This document shows positions 39,821 to 49,271 of a stretch of DNA of 64,000 nt, piece after piece. Position numbers and translations under genes: made by a program. The DNA is from Candidatus Poribacteria bacterium (lineage in GTDB: Bacteria > Poribacteria > WGA-4E > WGA-3G), in contig CAXXUA010000003.1 in NCBI GenBank assembly GCA_963663765.2, forward strand, positions 128,001-192,000. Reading direction: 5' to 3'. Below the pieces are notes generated by a model. That model searched no databases, was not told where the DNA came from, and saw nothing but the letters and a program-made list of their open reading frames with translations. Position 1 is the first letter of the stretch. Each line of letters opens with the position of its first letter.

Positions 39821-41785
39821 TCAAAACAAAAACCGATACATCGGTCGATCCAACGTAATACCAATCAAACTCCACACACCCCCGACAATAAACTCACCCA
39901 AAATCAAACCCAGAAAAAACGGAATGAGTTTGCGATGTAGACTTATCCCACCTTGCTTCAAAATAATCCACTTGATAACGGAACTCACAAAGATAGAAAA
40001 CCAGAACACATTCATTGACCAACTACTTGAAATCGCAAACCCCGCAGGATGGAACGGCCACCAGAACAGCCGTATCCGCATAATCATCAAAAAACCGGTT
40101 CCCAGAAATCCAATACATATAGCAACAATCGCAGGGACGTCAGGTGCTTTCGGCGATGAAAGCCAACTTTGTAGTCGGTTAAACGGTCGTCCCGCAAACC
40201 AATCCCGTGCACCTTCAATATAAGAAATATGATAAAATGACCAGAACGATGCAAACGTTCCGACAACAATTGCCACACACATACCGATGAGGAGTCCACG
40301 ATTAGAAATCCGTGTGCGTTCGGCAAGTTTGAATCCTTCCAAGATATGTGGCATCGGATGTCCACGATACGCGCGATTGATTGAAAACAGATAAGAAAGC
40401 ATCGTTAGGTTGCGGGGTCCGAGCAGGCGTGTACCGAAAATACGCGGCATCATCTCATCCGGTCCGATGAAATGCAGATCGTGTACAGGTGAGCCGAGTT
40501 CGGCGCGCATGCGGGTTACAGCAGTGGATATTGCATAGTATATACCGAAGAAAACCAGAATCGCCCACACAGACATGCCCGCAGCATTACAAAAGATAAG
40601 GAGAAACATGAGACTGGCAATAAGGCAAATCACCATGCCACGATACGACATCGGCTCGTCCGAATCCTCCTCCTGACGTGGTCTAAACACCTTACGTGCA
40701 ACTTGGGCAAGATGTTTCCGTGTCGCAACAATAGCAATTACAAATAAACCTATATAAGCCCCAAATGACTGCTCATCGGTAAACGGAAAATTCGGCAAAC
40801 CCCTAATTCCCAACGCGTCACCGAAAATCCGTTCCGCCTTCCAAAACAGATAGAAGAACCAGCAAGAAAATGAAAGGTCCAGCGGAATAAAAAACGCCAT
40901 CCCAACAGCAAACGGAAAAACAGCAACAGGAGTCCAACCAATCGCACTCCACGGTTTCTGTGTAAAAAATGGACGTAAATCGTAGAGACGACCGCCAAGT
41001 CCCGGCACATTTGGAAAAAGATAGTTTAAACCGTTGAGTATATCAATTGCACCAGCAATCCCAAATCCAAGCCACATCATCTTGTTCGTCAACAAATTTG
41101 TCTTACCGACATTTGTCAATTCAAGGGGTAGCTGGATAATTGGATAACTCAGTTTTTCGTGTTCTGTCCACTGTTTGCGGACAAGCGTATTGATGAAAAC
41201 CATCACGAACACGAGCGCACACAAAAAACCACCCCAAGTTAGGGTGGTCGTCAGCCATCCTTGAATGATCTCCCAACTATACAAACTGGCTTCCCCGCGG
41301 TAATACTCTGTTAGAAAAGCCTTGTCTTTCACTGCTATCCAATCAGGGATATAGCGATGAAATAGATGTGTCCAATCGTTTTCAGGTGTTGCGTACCAAA
41401 ACGCATAAGGGATCATCGGGATTAAGACACGAAGAACATCGTGACCTGCCAAGGAGGAGGCAATCGCAAGCATGACGTAAATCGTCAACAACTCACCTTG
41501 TTGAAATGCTACACGAGGCAAAAGCTTTTTTAATGCCAAATTCGCACCCGTAAGCATAAAGATGCAAAAAATCACATTAAAGTAGAGAGAAATCGTTGTC
41601 GGATATCCCTGTCCTGCTGAATCTAAAATCCAATAGACGTTGGGAATCGTGAGAGCGGTGCCGATTAAAATAGCACGCCATGTCGCACCGAAACGTTGCG
41701 GACCTTGTGTTATTAGTGGACGGTGTGCAGTTGCTTGGTAGCTTCCCGATTGTCGTGAAACGTGATGTGAGGGTGTGAGTGCCAA
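39821..41785 (-). CDS. DUF6785/DUF6784 multi-TM putative peptide transporter
   Basis: GELLTIY, RKQWTEHEKLSYPI, RMRAELG, WPFHPAG and PFFLGLILGE motifs. Confidence 0.8.
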   Translation of the reverse strand: MALTPSHHVSRQSGSYQATAHRPLITQGPQRFGATWRAILIGTALTIPNVYWILDSAGQGYPTTISLYFNVIFCIFMLTGANLALKKLLPRVAFQQGELLTIYVMLAIASSLAGHDVLRVLIPMIPYAFWYATPENDWTHLFHRYIPDWIAVKDKAFLTEYYRGEASLYSWEIIQGWLTTTLTWGGFLCALVFVMVFINTLVRKQWTEHEKLSYPIIQLPLELTNVGKTNLLTNKMMWLGFGIAGAIDILNGLNYLFPNVPGLGGRLYDLRPFFTQKPWSAIGWTPVAVFPFAVGMAFFIPLDLSFSCWFFYLFWKAERIFGDALGIRGLPNFPFTDEQSFGAYIGLFVIAIVATRKHLAQVARKVFRPRQEEDSDEPMSYRGMVICLIASLMFLLIFCNAAGMSVWAILVFFGIYYAISTAVTRMRAELGSPVHDLHFIGPDEMMPRIFGTRLLGPRNLTMLSYLFSINRAYRGHPMPHILEGFKLAERTRISNRGLLIGMCVAIVVGTFASFWSFYHISYIEGARDWFAGRPFNRLQSWLSSPKAPDVPAIVAICIGFLGTGFLMIMRIRLFWWPFHPAGFAISSSWSMNVFWFSIFVSSVIKWIILKQGGISLHRKLIPFFLGLILGEFIVGGVWSLIGITLDRPMYRFLF

Positions 41786-41862
41786 TTTTGACTCTGAATG
41801 ACAAAGACTTATAGTGGGTGTGTGAGAGATAATCGCTACTATATTCTAAATCTTTATTACGT

Positions 41863-42261
41863 TCAAAAACAAAGATCTGTTTCAAATATGAATAAGTAAT
41901 TACATCCGAGTTCCCAACGTTCCTTTTTAATCAATTTCCACCGACAAAAAACATCTGGTAAGACTTCAGGGTTCAACCCGTGGTGTTCCTCAAGGGAAAG
42001 TCCCTTAATGATTCTGAATAACTTCAAAACATCTAAAATCTTATCTACAAACGGATGAGGTGCGGTGATAATAACGCGCCCGCCAGGCTTTAGATGGTTC
42101 CAGCAGGAGTCCACTACCTTATGCAATTTGTTTTCGGGAATATGTTCAACGACAGCGAGGAGAGTTATGACATCAAAACGTTCTTCAGTGTGAAAATCCT
42201 GCGGGAAAGTGCCTGGTAGAAGTAGAATGCAACGCCTCCGATAAGTATAAGGCAGCCACAA
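41863..42261 (-). pseudogene. C-terminal fragment of a class I SAM methyltransferase
   Basis: FDVITLLAVVEHI...LKPGGRVIITAP present but the SAM-binding motif I is missing. The upstream frame encodes an unrelated signal peptide. Confidence 0.6.
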
Positions 42262-42301
42262 AGTAGTAAGACTCTTTTCATTGTAAAAAACATAATAAAA
42301 G

Positions 42302-42398
42302 CCTTTGTTGTCAGTATAGTGTTGTAGAGTTGCAATTTGTCCGAGCTTAAGCGGGGTTGCGAGACCACCCTTTGTTGTCAGTATAGTGTTACAGAGTT
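42302..42398. repeat. Two 30-bp direct repeats separated by 37 bp
   Basis: CCTTTGTTGTCAGTATAGTGTT(GT/AC)AGAGTT at 42302 and 42369 (28/30 identical). Confidence 0.7.
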
Positions 42399-42813
42399 AC
42401 CTATCAGGTATAGGCACTGAAGGAGGATCCTCAGGTTCTCCACAAACATAACGCTCATGCGGGGTGCCTCTGCCTATGATCCTATGCTTATGGGCAGATT
42501 GTTGTTCTAGTGGTACACACAAGTAATGTCGTTTTCCACACTTATTACAGGATGGATTTATATGATATTCGAGGGGATCGAACTTGGTTGCGGATGGGTA
42601 AGTAGCTATACAACCCCAAACAAATAAACCACAGTTTTCACATTTTTTCCTATCTTCATATTTGTCTTTTACCATTTTACCACATCCTGCGGGACAAGAC
42701 TGAAGACTATTACTTTTTACGTTCTGAAAAAATAATAGTACCAGGCAAAGACAAACTAAACTACTACAAATTATTATCAGTACAGATATATTATTAGGTA
42801 ATCTAGTTTCCAT
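42397..42813 (-). CDS. Exported Cys/His-rich repeat protein
   Basis: TM followed by CPAGCG, CENCGLFVWGC and CNKCGKRHYLC...H motifs. Confidence 0.7.
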   Translation of the reverse strand: METRLPNNISVLIIICSSLVCLCLVLLFFQNVKSNSLQSCPAGCGKMVKDKYEDRKKCENCGLFVWGCIATYPSATKFDPLEYHINPSCNKCGKRHYLCVPLEQQSAHKHRIIGRGTPHERYVCGEPEDPPSVPIPDR

Positions 42814-42846
42814 GTTTTCTCCAATCCTTAGTTAAGGATGTATCCT

Positions 42847-43059
42847 CTACCTCCTCTCTATACGAACTATACAAGTAACTCGCCAAGGTATCTTTTTGTA
42901 AATATAGGTCGCAACCCATGAGAAACAAAGCATTGTTGCAATAGTGACCGTAATGATTGTACTTGTCCTCTCAAAAAGACGGAAAATCTCAATAAGAATA
43001 CCAAAGATACTGAAAATAACAAACCAAAAAACATATTTCCATTTTTGGGATATAAGCAT
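42847..43059 (-). CDS. Small two-TM protein, truncated paralog of 43145-43576
   Basis: GGAGG RBS; WKYVFW...ATYIYKKI matches WQYVYW...ATYIDKKI. Confidence 0.6.
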   Translation of the reverse strand: MLISQKWKYVFWFVIFSIFGILIEIFRLFERTSTIITVTIATMLCFSWVATYIYKKIPWRVTCIVRIERR

Positions 43060-43144
43060 ATAACACCCTCCATTATGCAAATAGGAACGCTTTTCTGTTA
43101 ACCACAAGCAACGTCAATTTTGAGGCAGGAAAATATTGTATTTT

Positions 43145-43576
43145 TCATGTATGTCCACATACGCGATAATCTTTTCCATTTTTATCAGTTTGAACGTGAT
43201 GGTCATTTTGAGTACATATACTGACACTTTTTCCGCACCCTGGGAGGGCTTCATCCGTCGGTAACTTAATACATATTCTTATTATTTCATGCGCTGGAGT
43301 AACCACGTCAAACTTACTCTGAACAGTATTACCACATTGTAAACATTTCCATTTATTTTCTGTAGTATGAACAACATTCCATATTCCCCATCGCATTATC
43401 TTTTTGTCAATATAAGTTGCTATCAGGGAAACACAGAGTATTGTCACAAAAGTCACCACGGTGGTATTAATGGGACCCGCAACAAAAATACGAAAACCTT
43501 CAACCAAAAGAATGTAAAAGCATAGAAAGGTAATCCAATAAACATATTGCCATCGGGCAGGTAATATAATAGGCAT
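43145..43576 (-). CDS. Two-TM protein with C-terminal Cys/His domain
   Basis: GGAGGT RBS before ATG 43576; CLQCG, HEIIRIC...PGCGKSVSIC...HH motifs. Confidence 0.7.
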   Translation of the reverse strand: MPIILPARWQYVYWITFLCFYILLVEGFRIFVAGPINTTVVTFVTILCVSLIATYIDKKIMRWGIWNVVHTTENKWKCLQCGNTVQSKFDVVTPAHEIIRICIKLPTDEALPGCGKSVSICTQNDHHVQTDKNGKDYRVCGHT

Positions 43577-43680
43577 AGAAACACCTCCGTATTTCATTAT
43601 AGTAGATTCGGGGGATGTATACCTTCCGAAACTGCTATACTGAATTGCCTTAAGTTTTTTACTACGATGAACAGTCGTCA

Positions 43681-44472
43681 CTAATAACTGTAACCAGAAA
43701 TGCTGTCATCGTAGCAACAAGTGCTGTCATCGTAGCAACAAGTGCTGTCATCGTAGCCACAGGTGCTGTCATCGTAGCCACAAGTGGCATCACCGCAACT
43801 ACCACAATTGTCATGTCCACCCTTACATTTTCGATAATCCTCACGGACCGGACAAGTTTGTACATTATGATACTTATTGGTGCAATCATATATCTCTCCA
43901 CCGCATCCCGGTATCTTGCCTTCTTCTGTTGGATTCTCTTCACAGACTCTGTAGTTTTTACAATGTCCCGCGTCTTCTAATTTCTTTTTGCTGGCATCTT
44001 CTGCTCCGCATTCACCGTCAGGAATATCTGCAGGACAGTACCATCTCTTCTGTGTAGTACCGCTCACTGTGACCAACTGTTTTACGTGTCCACCCTCACC
44101 ATGATCGCTATTAGAATCAGTGCTTTTTTTCTGTACCCATTTGTACAATTGTTGATCAATTAGAACTTTCACACCATCTAATGCACCACTTCCCATTGCA
44201 CTTGCTACTACTGCAACCCAAAAATCAGGATCCGTAATTATGTCAGCTTCCGCTTCCTGTTGTTCGGGTATCGTTTCCTGTTTATCATTTGGAGTATCTA
44301 CCGATGCACCTGTACTATTCAATACATCATCGGGCGCTCTCACATCAGAGGAGAAAGTATTTAAGGACGATCTATGAGAGTCCTGACGTGACTCAGCACT
44401 ATGCTTCTTCTGAACGGGTTGGTAATGCCCAAAATACAAAAACGAGATGATGGTTACAACACAAAATGTCAC
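43681..44472 (-). CDS. Exported Cys/His-rich protein with CxYDDST tail repeats (start may be CTG 44502)
   Basis: Signal/TM segment; HCKNYRVC...PGCGGEIYDC...HNVQTC; four 21-bp tandem repeats at ~43700-43785. Confidence 0.7.
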   Translation of the reverse strand: MTFCVVTIISFLYFGHYQPVQKKHSAESRQDSHRSSLNTFSSDVRAPDDVLNSTGASVDTPNDKQETIPEQQEAEADIITDPDFWVAVVASAMGSGALDGVKVLIDQQLYKWVQKKSTDSNSDHGEGGHVKQLVTVSGTTQKRWYCPADIPDGECGAEDASKKKLEDAGHCKNYRVCEENPTEEGKIPGCGGEIYDCTNKYHNVQTCPVREDYRKCKGGHDNCGSCGDATCGYDDSTCGYDDSTCCYDDSTCCYDDSISGYSY

Positions 44473-44713
44473 AATATAGTTTGGACGGATAAACTTTTTC
44501 AGTTGAACTCCTACTGTCTATCTTTTGAGTTTTTATATTCTTAGAAATACTATCTTATCATAGACTTTTATTCAGCAGGACTTAAGCAAATTTGGGGCTC
44601 TTGCTTAGAATTTTGTTCTTTTAAAAATTGTCCTCATGATTTTTTGTCATTTTCAAGGATATATCCCCTTTATCCCTCAAAAGCGAGGGGATGTGTCGGT
44701 TTTATTAAGATAA

Positions 44714-45145
44714 TCAACTATCTATATTGCCATCGTCTGGTGGTTGACACTTTCCTTCACCATGAAGGACATCGCCGACAAGTTCGCTAGTTTCAACCTT
44801 AGCACACTTATAATATTTTTTCTGGCAGATTGAACACGTCACCTTTTTATGATCTCTGGCCCTTTCACCTTCACTGAGATTCTCAGTATTTCTACATGTC
44901 CAATAACGCTTATAGCATCCTGTGCATTTTTTCACAAAGTGATCGCCCTTACTTCCTATTTCCTCTTCACATTTTATACAGAATATCTTTCGGGGACGAT
45001 GATACCACCAGGTTAATACACTATCTGTAGCAATGCCAATTGCACCAACTACAAACAAAATCCGGTAGAAGAGGTTGAAGGCATCTTGAGCCGATAGAAT
45101 TACAAAGAGTAAAAACAACCATAAATTGTTTGTTGACTTAAACAT
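44714..45145 (-). CDS. Exported Cys/His-rich repeat protein
   Basis: AAAGGAG RBS and signal peptide; CIKC..DHFVKKCTGCYKRYWTC..DHKKVTCSICQKKYYKC..H..C. Confidence 0.75.
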   Translation of the reverse strand: MFKSTNNLWLFLLFVILSAQDAFNLFYRILFVVGAIGIATDSVLTWWYHRPRKIFCIKCEEEIGSKGDHFVKKCTGCYKRYWTCRNTENLSEGERARDHKKVTCSICQKKYYKCAKVETSELVGDVLHGEGKCQPPDDGNIDS

Positions 45146-45238
45146 TAATCTTTAGTCTCCTTTCCACAATAGATGAAAGTTACGGCAATATGAGAGGACT
45201 GAAACTACAACACTAAAGGAGAGTTTTAACTAAATTAA

Positions 45239-45463
45239 AGACTTGTGCCAGTTAACCAATTGTTTTTATAGTTATCACATATATTAGGTTTATTTAATGC
45301 ACACATATCGTCCCTACGGGACTAAAGAGGATGTACTATGACGTTTTTCTATAAACATATCGTCCCTACGGGACTGAAGATCGTTTCAAACTATGAAGGA
45401 CACCTGCAAAACGCCATGTTTATGTGAAACAATGATTAACATATAGTTATTTAGCACAACTCG
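45239..45463. mobile_element. MITE family A
   Basis: Inverted near-identical copy of 6266-6486. Confidence 0.8.
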
Positions 45464-45606
45464 TTAAATTACTGAGATGTGTGCATAAATATTTGACGCT
45501 GCGGTGTGTAGACTACCTTTAGAACCAAATTAACACCGGAAATATTAATGCACACCCCTCGTTTAACTAATACCCTTCCTTAAAGCAATTTTTAATTTCT
45601 ACAACT

Positions 45607-46008
45607 TTAACTGCCATCATAGTATCCATCATCATAGCACCCACCATCATAGTATCCACCATCATTTGGTGGTTGACACTTTTCTTCACCATGAAGGACA
45701 TCACCAACAAGTTCGCCAGTGTCTGTCTCAGCACACTTATAATATTTTTATTGCAAAATGTACACGCCACTTCTTTATGATCTTTGGCACTTTCACCCTC
45801 ACGTAGATCATCGGTGTCTTTACATGTCCAATAATGTTCCTTGCATTCTACGCAACTTTTCTCAAAGTGATCGCCCTTATCTTCCATTTCCTCTTCACAT
45901 TTGATACACTCTATTTTTTCCGGCCAGTATCTAGCAACTACGACATTTATAATATGAAGTAGACCTCCTCCGACCCCCGCTTCTGCTTAATGTCAAACTT
46001 TTTTTCAT
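45607..46008 (-). pseudogene. Frameshifted paralog of 44714-45145
   Basis: CIKCEEEMEDKGDHFEKSCVEC...CTFCNK, then a 1-nt loss in an A-run (~45748). The other frame continues YYKCAETDTGELVGDVLHGEEKCQPPNDGGYYDGGCYDDGYYDGS*. The 5' end is also disrupted. Confidence 0.8.
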
Positions 46009-46128
46009 AAATTTGTCTTATGTCTAAATTTTCCTTGAGATTTTCAATTAATCTATGTATACTTTAAAAAATTAATTATACGATTTTCAGTAAGTCAATC
46101 ATAGACATGTCTAAAAAAGGATAAGAAA

Positions 46129-46965
46129 ATGGAAACGACAAGCGATCTATCTGAATCAGTAGTACTTACACCTGAGCAAGCACAGTTTGTTGATACGAAC
46201 GGTTATCTCTTAATAAAAAATGCCTTACCCCCAGATGTCGTAGCAGAAATAGACGCTGCAGTAGACGAAGTTTATGCCAAACAGAAGGAAGCAGGCAATC
46301 TTGAAGGTGGCGGTAAGTTGAACCTACGCAATTGCATTACACATCATGAGGCATTCCTCCAACTACTCGACTGGCACAAATCTTTTCCTTACGCATGCGG
46401 TGTGTTGAATTGGAACATCCAAATGATTACGTCACACTTGATTGTGATGCCTTCTAAAGAGGAACCACCCGACGATGTGAAGACCAAGATTGGACTTCAT
46501 CGTGATGGCGGATCTTCATATCGTGAGATGCAAGAACCGCATCCACGTATCCTGCTCAAGTTAGCTTACGCTATCAGCGACCAATCTGACCCCGCGTCAG
46601 GGGCAACAGTGTTAGTACCGGGAAGCAACAGGTTGACAGGTATGCCTGCACGAGACCCAGAAACAGGTTGGGCGCGTGGTGCGATTTCTATGAACGTCAA
46701 TGCTGGTGATGCCTTCCTTTTTGAACAACGAACGTATCACGGTATCGGGCACAATTGGTCAGGAATTCCACGAAAAACAATATTTATGGGATACGCATAC
46801 CGTTGGATCAAACCGATGGATTATATACAAATGCCTGATGAGTTGGTCACCAGATGTAATCCAATTCAAAAACAACTCATCGGGGTTGTTGACGATGCAA
46901 TGAGTTTCTACATTCCACAAGAAAAAGATGTTCCGTTGAAAAAAGCTCTCAATGGAGGTAAATAG
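46129..46965 (+). CDS. Phytanoyl-CoA dioxygenase (PhyH) family protein
   Basis: NGYLLIKNAL, HRD, VPGSN and GDAFLF..RTYH 2OG-Fe(II) motifs. Confidence 0.9.
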   Translation: METTSDLSESVVLTPEQAQFVDTNGYLLIKNALPPDVVAEIDAAVDEVYAKQKEAGNLEGGGKLNLRNCITHHEAFLQLLDWHKSFPYACGVLNWNIQMITSHLIVMPSKEEPPDDVKTKIGLHRDGGSSYREMQEPHPRILLKLAYAISDQSDPASGATVLVPGSNRLTGMPARDPETGWARGAISMNVNAGDAFLFEQRTYHGIGHNWSGIPRKTIFMGYAYRWIKPMDYIQMPDELVTRCNPIQKQLIGVVDDAMSFYIPQEKDVPLKKALNGGK

Positions 46966-46999
46966 AATTCTGTCTCTGCAGAATCACTTTTAGATGTTT

Positions 47000-47935
47000 C
47001 TACTGACCTTCGGCAGCATCTAATTGCTGTTTTAGAGATAGACTATGCTCTAATAAAGCACGGGCATAAGGGATATTGTGTAGGCCGTAACCGCTGTCAC
47101 CTTTCACCATGTCGTAGTTTAACTTCGCGTCTTTATAGGATTGAGAAGTTTTATCTGCTGTATTGTCCAGCATTTTCTTGACTTCCTTCATTTTTGCCTC
47201 AATTTCAGCGCGATATATTGGGAGTCTCGTTGTCATGTCGTTGTCAACACTATCATGGCATCCTGCATTACCACACGTTGAGAAGTCTGCCTTGAAAGTG
47301 TGACCACCGTGTTTTGCTATCGCATCCGGTTCTTCTGGTTTCACGACATCTGATTCGACTTTTGCCATGTGGCAATGCACACAACGTTTTTTCATGGCGC
47401 GTACGTGCGGTGACGGCATCCGTTTAACACCAGCTCCTTCGCGACCCAAGAACATCTCCGATTGTGATTGGTGTACAATACCAGCACCAGCACAACCGCA
47501 GTCCATCTTGTGGCAGCTGACACACAATTTTTTAGCAGGCATTACCAACAAGTGTTCCTCTTTACTTGCATGAGAGTGACAAGATGAACATGCAACAGCA
47601 TTGACTGCAGTTTTTTCGTTATACGAGTGACCAGGAATGCTTCTATTAGCAAACATCTCATATCCAGAAGAGTGACAACTCAGACAAGATTTTTTCACCT
47701 CATAGGGTCCCTTAAGCAGATTGACAAGGGCATGTGAATGTCCTGCTTGTGTCCATTCTTTAAAAGCATCTTCGTCTCCATGACACTTGTTACATCCTTC
47801 TGCAAAAGGTGTGCGCTTACTCTCTGATGTGCTTTGTTGTTTGTCCGATGAATCTGCTTGAAGTGCAGTAATTTTTAGAACTACGAATGTTCCCATCATC
47901 AGGGATAATACTAAAAATATGATCGCTTGTTTCAT
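47000..47935 (-). CDS. Periplasmic multiheme cytochrome c
   Basis: Signal peptide; five CxxCH motifs (CNKCH, CLSCH, CSSCH, CVSCH, CVHCH) plus CGNAGCH; GLHN c552-type tail. Confidence 0.9.
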   Translation of the reverse strand: MKQAIIFLVLSLMMGTFVVLKITALQADSSDKQQSTSESKRTPFAEGCNKCHGDEDAFKEWTQAGHSHALVNLLKGPYEVKKSCLSCHSSGYEMFANRSIPGHSYNEKTAVNAVACSSCHSHASKEEHLLVMPAKKLCVSCHKMDCGCAGAGIVHQSQSEMFLGREGAGVKRMPSPHVRAMKKRCVHCHMAKVESDVVKPEEPDAIAKHGGHTFKADFSTCGNAGCHDSVDNDMTTRLPIYRAEIEAKMKEVKKMLDNTADKTSQSYKDAKLNYDMVKGDSGYGLHNIPYARALLEHSLSLKQQLDAAEGQ

Positions 47936-48069
47936 AACTTCATAATTGAAAATAAATACTCATTTTATTGATAGTTAACTTACTTTGTTTCTCTATAAGA
48001 TATGTCATTTTCTGAAATTTGTCAATGAAAAGTTTTAAGTCCTAATAGATTAACCCAGGAGGAATCCTT

Positions 48070-48729
48070 ATGTCTAAAATTGAACTATTTAATGGTAAGA
48101 ACCTTGATGACTGGCACGCCAGAGGCGGTGCTGCAAAACATGCATGGTCTGCCATCGGTGATGTCGCACTCCACCCAGATGATCGCAAGTTGTTGGCAGC
48201 GACCGACGGTGAAGGTGTTTTTTACAACGGTCCCACAGGGCGCACAGCCGATCTCTACACAGAATATGAACACAGCAATTGTGAACTGCACGTTGAGTTT
48301 ATGGTGCCGCAAGGTTCAAACTCCGGTGTTTATGTCATGGGTAGATACGAAATACAGATATTGGATAGTTGGGGTGCAACAGAACTCAACTATGGTACTT
48401 GTGGAGGCGTGTATTGTCGTTGGATTGACAATAAACCTGTTGACGGTGTACCACCACGCGTTAATGCAAGCAAACCGCCAGGGGAATGGCAAACGTATGA
48501 TATTACCTTCCGCGCACCAAGGTTTGACGCAAATAACAATAAAACTGAAAATGCTACCTTCGTCAAAGTCGTGTGGAACGGACAAATAGTCCATGAAAAC
48601 GTTGAAGTTGCGGGGGTCACACGCGGAGCAATGTTAAATGAAGAAGCCTCAACAGGTCCCTTATTGCTGCAAGGCGATCACGGTCCTGTGGCATACCGCA
48701 ATGTCGTTTTGACACCGATTGAAGGTTGA
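48070..48729 (+). CDS. DUF1080 / 3-keto-disaccharide hydrolase family
   Basis: LFNGKNL, NSGVY, YEIQILDS, GEWQ and LQGDHGPVAYRN motifs. Confidence 0.9.
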   Translation: MSKIELFNGKNLDDWHARGGAAKHAWSAIGDVALHPDDRKLLAATDGEGVFYNGPTGRTADLYTEYEHSNCELHVEFMVPQGSNSGVYVMGRYEIQILDSWGATELNYGTCGGVYCRWIDNKPVDGVPPRVNASKPPGEWQTYDITFRAPRFDANNNKTENATFVKVVWNGQIVHENVEVAGVTRGAMLNEEASTGPLLLQGDHGPVAYRNVVLTPIEG

Positions 48730-48740
48730 TTTATCTACCT

Positions 48741-49250
48741 TCAATTATGTAAAATATGGTATGTTGCGACTGCCAGTGCAACGTGCACATTTAAGGAACC
48801 GACTTTACCATACATCGGCAGGTAAATTGCCATATCACACACATCAAGGGTGCGTCGGGAGATACCACGGTATTCATTCCCGATAATCAGACATACTTTG
48901 TCAGGATATTCAACCGAATGATAGGGAACAGCATCCGTTGCAACCTCTAATGCACATGCAAGATATCCCTCTTTTTTGTATTCTTCAACAGCATCAGCAG
49001 CGTATTTTGTTGTATGCCAAGAGACTCTACGATGTGTACCGCGCCCAATCCCCGCAATAGTCGGATCCGGCGGATGCGCGCTAATACCTGCTAACACAAC
49101 CTCACGAACACCGCAGGCATCTGCTATTCTGAAGGTCGCCCCAACATTGACCGGATCTTCAACGTCTTGTAGTACAAAAACAAGTTCAACTGCAGGTGAA
49201 CCTGACTGTCTTAAAAAGTGTTTAAGTGCATTTTTTCGTAACTGTTTCAT
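48741..49250 (-). CDS. TrmH/SpoU family RNA methyltransferase
   Basis: DPVNVGATFR, IGNEYRG and LPMYG..SLNV motifs. Confidence 0.9.
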   Translation of the reverse strand: MKQLRKNALKHFLRQSGSPAVELVFVLQDVEDPVNVGATFRIADACGVREVVLAGISAHPPDPTIAGIGRGTHRRVSWHTTKYAADAVEEYKKEGYLACALEVATDAVPYHSVEYPDKVCLIIGNEYRGISRRTLDVCDMAIYLPMYGKVGSLNVHVALAVATYHILHN

Positions 49251-49271
49251 AAAAAGGATTAATTTAGAACT

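Noticed and set aside
43662-43943. 93-aa ORF with VATMTA repeats
   Set aside because: It is an alternative frame of the 21-bp repeat inside the Cys-rich gene 43681-44472.
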